A stretch of 21,383 bases of DNA from a bacterium (GTDB lineage Bacteria > Zhuqueibacterota > Zhuqueibacteria > Oceanimicrobiales > Oceanimicrobiaceae). The notes beneath the pieces were generated by a model. That model saw only the letters and a program-made list of their open reading frames with translations, had not been told where the DNA came from and did not search any database. Below, in pieces: positions 16,645-21,383 of the stretch (the first letter of the stretch is position 1; every line of letters starts with the position of its first letter). The translations under genes and the position numbers were made by a program. The stretch covers positions 1 through 21,383 of the forward strand of contig JBBIIG010000064.1 of NCBI GenBank assembly GCA_037446635.1, written 5' to 3'.

Positions 16645-17886
16645 TTAGCTTAATTCCAATCTTTGTTCGTTGGGATGAAACAGGCCGACGATGAGCGTCA
16701 AATATTCCCGTAGGTGGCGGGTGATCAAAAAATTTTCGCGGACAAACTCTTTGGCTTTGTTTCCCATCTCGCGCAATTTGTCGCGGTTGCTCAGCAGGTA
16801 GCGAACACGCAAAGCCGCGCCCTCCGGCGTGTTCACCAGAAAGCCGGTGTGGTAGTTAATCACCTGAATGCGGATGCCGCCGGTGTCGCCGCCGATCACT
16901 GGTTTGTTCTTCCACATGGCCTCGGTCACCGTCAATCCGAAACCCTCTTTGATGGATTTTTGCAGCACAATATCCGCGGCCGTTTGCAGGGCGTTGATGG
17001 TGCGGTGGGCGTCGCCTGGCAGCAGCAAAACGTGAATATCGGAATCGTCTTTTGCTGCTTCGCGCACTTCGTTCAACACCACTTCGCCCTCGGGGTCGTC
17101 GCTGGCGCCGCCGCCGGCCAGCACCAATTGCAGGGAAGGCGCAAATTTTTTGGCCATTTTGTAGGCTTGAATCACGCCAATTGGATCTTTGAACCGATCA
17201 TACCGCGACACCTGCAAAATCATCGGACGCTTGGGGTCAATTCCAAACCGGCTGTAAACCGCCTGTACCTCCTGCGGGTCCAATTCGATGTTTTTTTCAT
17301 GCAGCGGATCGATGCTGGGCGGAATCAAGTAGATGGGATGGGGCAGCGGCTGAGCAAACGTGGACAGCGAAAAAATGCTGGCGTTGTAGCGCTGAACGTA
17401 ATTTCTGAGGTACTTCCACACTGGCCGGAAGGGTTTGCTAACATCGATGTGACAGCGCCACACCCACTTGCCCTTTCGTTCCGGAAAATGGTGGATTAGC
17501 GCCGCCGGCTGCGGGTCGTGAACGATGACCACATCGGCGTCCTGCAATTTTCCCCGCAGCCGCTCGGCGGTTTCGGCGTTGGTTTTTTCATAAGCCTCAA
17601 GCAGCGATTTTGAGATACTGATTTTATCGCCTTGCAGGGCGTTGTGAAAATTCTTGGTGCATTGATAAAACTCCTGCTGGCCCTCGATAATTTCCCACGA
17701 GGTTTCCAGACCCAGCTCTTGCATCAAAGGCACCATTTTGTTTAAAATTTCAGCGACTCCACCTCCGATGCGGGTGGAATTGATATGCACCACGCGCATG
17801 CCCTTTAGCGACTGCGCTAATTGCCGCAGGTGCTCGACGACGTCTTCGCCGGCGACCTGAGCGTATTTGGGGAGGGTTTCTTCCAT
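16645..17886 (-). CDS. treT: Trehalose glycosyltransferring synthase (GT4)
   Basis: HINSTRIGGGVAEIL, FHNALQG, HDPQP, WRCHID, VSRYDRFKDP and KEGFGLTVTEAMWK motifs characteristic of TreT. Confidence 0.88.
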   Translation of the reverse strand: MEETLPKYAQVAGEDVVEHLRQLAQSLKGMRVVHINSTRIGGGVAEILNKMVPLMQELGLETSWEIIEGQQEFYQCTKNFHNALQGDKISISKSLLEAYEKTNAETAERLRGKLQDADVVIVHDPQPAALIHHFPERKGKWVWRCHIDVSKPFRPVWKYLRNYVQRYNASIFSLSTFAQPLPHPIYLIPPSIDPLHEKNIELDPQEVQAVYSRFGIDPKRPMILQVSRYDRFKDPIGVIQAYKMAKKFAPSLQLVLAGGGASDDPEGEVVLNEVREAAKDDSDIHVLLLPGDAHRTINALQTAADIVLQKSIKEGFGLTVTEAMWKNKPVIGGDTGGIRIQVINYHTGFLVNTPEGAALRVRYLLSNRDKLREMGNKAKEFVRENFLITRHLREYLTLIVGLFHPNEQRLELS

Positions 17887-17910
17887 AAAATTAGCGATTC
17901 CTTTCCTGAT

Positions 17911-18600
17911 TTATTTTCGGAGACCGATCCGCTTCGCGGAGAAGAAGCTTTCAAAAACCTCGCTGAGCCGGCGGCGCAAATCCACCAGCGTCAGAAAATA
18001 GGGGTCGATTTCGTTGAGTTCGGAACAGAGGGGAAGATATTTTTCCCCCAGATCCTTTATCCAATTCTGGAAATCATCGAGATGGTTTTCATTACGTCGC
18101 TGCGCATCGATAAAATGATAAAAGATGCTCCCCACCGACAGGCGCGGGATGACATCCACAAACTCAGCGGGCTCGCTCACCTTTTGTTGAGTATCGAAAA
18201 TGACCATTTGCGAGCGAATGAACTCAAATTGGTTATCATAAGTGGAGTTGGGAGGAAATTCCACTTCCTCCAACCGCTCTTCGATGATTTCAATGATTTC
18301 GTTTCTTAAGTCATCTAAATTTGGGAATTCGGTGGGGTCGATGAGACTCAGCCGCTCCGACAGAATTTTGTCGTGCAGGCCGTGGCGGGCCCAAATGGCA
18401 AAGTCGTTGTGATATTCGGGGTCATCGAATCTTGGCCGCAATCGTCCGCCCCAGAAATGGTAATAAATGCTGTCTGAATCGATGGTTGCCAGCAGGTTTG
18501 TCAGCTCGCGGGGGTTCTGAGCCCGTTTACCGGTGGCGATGGATATCAAAGCGCAATCTTTGATGGCAAAGGGGTCGGTGTGAGTCTGATTTTTTGCCAT
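17911..18600 (-). CDS. DUF5752 / OrfY-like protein associated with treT
   Basis: Internal duplication SIYYHF...NDFAIW and SIFYHF...DDFQNW. Lies immediately upstream of treT. Confidence 0.75.
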   Translation of the reverse strand: MAKNQTHTDPFAIKDCALISIATGKRAQNPRELTNLLATIDSDSIYYHFWGGRLRPRFDDPEYHNDFAIWARHGLHDKILSERLSLIDPTEFPNLDDLRNEIIEIIEERLEEVEFPPNSTYDNQFEFIRSQMVIFDTQQKVSEPAEFVDVIPRLSVGSIFYHFIDAQRRNENHLDDFQNWIKDLGEKYLPLCSELNEIDPYFLTLVDLRRRLSEVFESFFSAKRIGLRK

Positions 18601-18641
18601 GACCGAATTCCTAATTCTTATCTGCTAAATTTTCAATTATT

Positions 18642-18669
18642 AATATAACATTCTGACCGGCGTTGTCAA
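18642..18669 (-). promoter_or_regulatory. Putative sigma70 promoter of the trehalose synthesis operon
   Basis: TTGACA (18669-18664), 16 bp, TATATT (18647-18642) with extended-10 TG. Confidence 0.65.
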
Positions 18670-18794
18670 GGTTTTAATCTCAAAAAAATACTGAGCGCGA
18701 ACGTTCAGAATGGCTGCTTTTCATTTTACCAATTAGACCGGGTGGAACATCGACCCACGAGGGGTGGGACTACGTGTTTGCGGGGAATACCCGA

Positions 18795-18812
18795 CCTGCC
18801 TGCGCAGGCAGG
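18795..18812. repeat. Perfect 18-bp palindrome CCTGCCTGCGCAGGCAGG
   Basis: Seen directly; matches the CCTGCC...GGCAGG short interspersed palindrome layout. Confidence 0.7.
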
Positions 18813-18977
18813 CGAGGCAATTTTAAATGATGCACTAAGTTGCAGCTTGCGGAGACGGTGTGAAAGCGGCTAAGAAAGAAGTTTTTCAAAATTTACGGTA
18901 ACATTTACCCGACGTAAATCGTAAAGGGTTAGTTAAAAAACCAGACCTCGGTAAGCAACGACCCCCTCGGAGTAACT

Positions 18978-20711
18978 ATGAAACCGAAAATTTTGATGAT
19001 CCTGATTTTGGGCGCATTTTGTCATCCGGCTTTTTCGCAAACACTATTAAGCGATATCCGTTCCCTTTCACCCGAAGAAATTAAAGTCGAAGGCTTTCGG
19101 CTTGGCAGCGAACAGGACGTCAAGATTAATGCCATTGGGTTTCGCGGCAGCCGCCGCAACGACGCCCTGTTCACCAACGCCTGGATTTTGGATTCCCGAA
19201 CCAGAGAAGTGATTTGGGAGATGTACGAAGCCGACGCCAAAAAGAAGAGCCGCCGACTCTTGGAGTACGATGAATCGCTGCGACTTCCGGCTGGCGCTTA
19301 TGAAGTCTATTATGCCACCTTCCCTTATTTTTATAACTACGACCACAGTTGGGGGCGCTACCTCGGCAAATTTTTCGATGACATTTTCGACGGCGAAAAT
19401 ATTGACGACCTCCGACGCGAGTTTAAGCATGACTTAAAAGAATTCAAGATTCAGGTTCGCGGCAACGGCGAGCGCTACAGCGAAAACCGGGTGGCGGAGT
19501 TACACGAGGAGTTCACCAGCACCGCGGTCATTCGCATGACGGAATTGAGCGACGAAGAATACCTGCGCAAAGGTTTTTCGTTGGAGCGGCCGCTCGATAT
19601 CGAGATCTACGCCATCGGCGAGGCGCGCGACGACGGCACGTTCGACTACGGTTGGATCATCAACTCCGACACCCGCGAGAGCGTCTGGAAAATGACCTAC
19701 CGCCACTCCGATTACGCCGGCGGCGCCAAGAAAAATCGCAAGGTGCACGAAACCATTTCCCTGCCCGCCGGCAAATATGTCGCCTTCTTTGTCACCGACG
19801 ATTCTCATTCTTTTCAAAGATGGAATGCCGCCCCGCCGTACGACCCGGCGTTCTGGGGAATGATTATCAAAGTAAAAGATGGCTCGTTGAAAAAGTATGT
19901 CAAAACGTACGATTATGAAGGCGCGCCGGAAAAGAACGTTATCATCAAGTTCACCCGCCTGCGCGACAGCGAGTTCAAGAGCCAGGGCTTTACCTTAAAG
20001 CGCGCCGCGGACCTACGCATCTACGCCATCGGCGAAGGCCGCGACGGCCAAATGTTCGACTACGGCTGGATCGTCGATGCCAAGAGCAACAAAAAAGTTT
20101 GGGAAATGGATTATTACCATACCGAGCACGCCGGCGGCGATCAAAAAAATCGCCTGATTGATGAAATCAAACGTTTTGAAAAAGGCAGCTACATGGTTTA
20201 CTTCGTCACCGACGACTCCCACTCCTACTGGGACTGGAACACGGCCCCGCCCTATGATCAGGAGCACTGGGGCATAACCATTTACGGCGCCGCTGAAAAC
20301 TTTGACCCAAACGACGTTAGCGAATATCAACCGCAAGAGGACGCCGATATCTTAGCGCAAATCGTACGAGTCGGCAACCACGATCGCGAACGGACGCGGT
20401 TCACCCTCGAAAAGGACAGCGATGTTCGCATCTACGCCATTGGCGAGGGCATGGACGGCCGCTTGTACGACTTTGGCTGGATCGAAGACGCCGAAACCCG
20501 CAAAGCAGTGTGGGAGATGACCTATCGCAAAACCCGCCACGCCGGCGGCGCCGACAAAAACCGCCTGTTCGATGACATCGTCCATTTGAAAAAAGGCGAA
20601 TATATTCTTTACTACGAAAGCGACGACTCCCACTCGTTCAACGATTGGAACGCGGCCCCGCCCTACGATCCCGCCAACTGGGGGATCACCATTTACAAAG
20701 TGAAGGATTAG
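18978..20711 (+). CDS. Secreted hypothetical protein with four tandem ~138-aa repeats
   Basis: Signal peptide ending PAFSQ. Repeated IYAIGE...DYGWI...VWEM.Y..HAGG..KNR...G.Y...DDSHS...WN.APPYD...WG. GGAG RBS. Confidence 0.85.
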   Translation: MKPKILMILILGAFCHPAFSQTLLSDIRSLSPEEIKVEGFRLGSEQDVKINAIGFRGSRRNDALFTNAWILDSRTREVIWEMYEADAKKKSRRLLEYDESLRLPAGAYEVYYATFPYFYNYDHSWGRYLGKFFDDIFDGENIDDLRREFKHDLKEFKIQVRGNGERYSENRVAELHEEFTSTAVIRMTELSDEEYLRKGFSLERPLDIEIYAIGEARDDGTFDYGWIINSDTRESVWKMTYRHSDYAGGAKKNRKVHETISLPAGKYVAFFVTDDSHSFQRWNAAPPYDPAFWGMIIKVKDGSLKKYVKTYDYEGAPEKNVIIKFTRLRDSEFKSQGFTLKRAADLRIYAIGEGRDGQMFDYGWIVDAKSNKKVWEMDYYHTEHAGGDQKNRLIDEIKRFEKGSYMVYFVTDDSHSYWDWNTAPPYDQEHWGITIYGAAENFDPNDVSEYQPQEDADILAQIVRVGNHDRERTRFTLEKDSDVRIYAIGEGMDGRLYDFGWIEDAETRKAVWEMTYRKTRHAGGADKNRLFDDIVHLKKGEYILYYESDDSHSFNDWNAAPPYDPANWGITIYKVKD

Positions 20712-20832
20712 CGAACGAAGATTCTCCGGGAGATAACGCTGCCGGTTGTTTCTCGCGGCCTACTTTCTTTAGTTTAAGATTTTTCTATTCTTAAACCCCT
20801 CCGTTGCGTCCATCCCGCCCCGGAAAATGTTA

Positions 20833-20861
20833 TTGACAATGGGAGCAGAAATTGTTATTTT
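20833..20861 (+). promoter_or_regulatory. Putative sigma70 promoter of the response regulator
   Basis: TTGACA (20833-20838), 17 bp, TATTTT (20856-20861) with extended-10 TG. Confidence 0.65.
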
Positions 20862-20902
20862 GACCCTCGCGTCCAAATAACCTCACGGGATGGATTACTA
20901 CA

Positions 20903-21379
20903 ATGACTGCATCGAAGGGCAAAATTCTTTGGGTTGACGATGAGATCGAACTGCTGCGTTCGCACATCATCTTTCTCGAAGAACGCGGTTACGGCATTAC
21001 ACCCGTCACCAACGCCGACGACGCCCTGGCGCTGCTCTCCGGCCAACCATTCGATCTGGTCTTGCTAGATGAAATGCTGCACGGCAAAGATGGTCTCACG
21101 GCGTTAGCTGAAATAAAGGATAGTTACCCCTCTCTTCCAGTTGTGATGGTAACGAAATCTGAGGAAGAGACGCTGATGGACGACGCCATCGGCAGCAAAA
21201 TTGATGACTATTTGACCAAGCCGGTCAATCCCAGCCAGATTCTCTCCACCTGCAAAAAAATTTTAGAGCGCAACAAAATCACCGGCGAGCGCATCTCCCG
21301 CGATTACATTTCAGAATTCAACCAGATTTCGCAAATGCTGCATGAGCCGCTCACCTGGCAGGATTGGATGAAAATTTAG
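20903..21379 (+). CDS. porX: PorX-like response regulator, receiver domain and linker only (ends at TAG 4 nt before the window edge)
   Basis: ILWVDDEIELLRSHIIFLEERGY, LLDEML, VMVTKSEEETLMDDAIGSKIDDYLTKPVNPSQIL closely resemble the PorX N-terminus. Confidence 0.75.
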   Translation: MTASKGKILWVDDEIELLRSHIIFLEERGYGITPVTNADDALALLSGQPFDLVLLDEMLHGKDGLTALAEIKDSYPSLPVVMVTKSEEETLMDDAIGSKIDDYLTKPVNPSQILSTCKKILERNKITGERISRDYISEFNQISQMLHEPLTWQDWMKI

Positions 21380-21383
21380 TCCA

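Noticed and set aside
13659..17499. Plus-strand ORFs of 291 aa (13659-14534) and 261 aa (16714-17499)
   Set aside because: Antisense shadows of otsA and treT.
18891..18925. Nested TTTAC/GTAAA inverted repeats upstream of the repeat-protein gene
   Set aside because: Arms are only 6 bp in AT-rich DNA and cannot be distinguished from chance.
19605..20700. Long-period nucleotide repeats as CRISPR or DGR template/variable repeats
   Set aside because: They are in-frame protein domain repeats with ordinary divergence. No reverse transcriptase, cas genes or repeat-spacer pattern is present.
20727..20770. Possible terminator after the repeat-protein gene
   Set aside because: The stem depends on several G.U pairs and the T-tract is interrupted, so it is too weak to call.

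Overview
Bacterial DNA, probably from an FCB-group lineage such as KSB1, Calditrichota or Ignavibacteria (inferred from a T9SS-type C-terminal sorting domain and a PorX-like regulator). Two trehalose-related gene blocks converge. On the + strand (6-8437) is a degradation/uptake block: GH65 hydrolase, an unassigned secreted (alpha/alpha)6-type 'YFGRD' protein, a sodium:solute symporter and a secreted Nth1-like GH37 trehalase. On the - strand (13221-18600) is a synthesis block: DUF5752/OrfY-like, treT, otsB, mscS, otsA. Between them lies a visibly AT-richer island (~8500-13140) encoding an HTH-only AraC protein, a lipoprotein and a T9SS-sorted beta-helix/TPR protein. The island contains a tandem direct-repeat site abutting a sigma70 promoter and an apparently complete antisense small-RNA unit (promoter, three-way junction, terminator; 11098-11238). 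The right end holds a secreted four-repeat protein and a PorX-like regulator ending in a suspiciously early TAG. Several unrelated palindromic elements (REP-like and MITE-like) occupy intergenic gaps. All calls are from reading the sequence; no searches were run.
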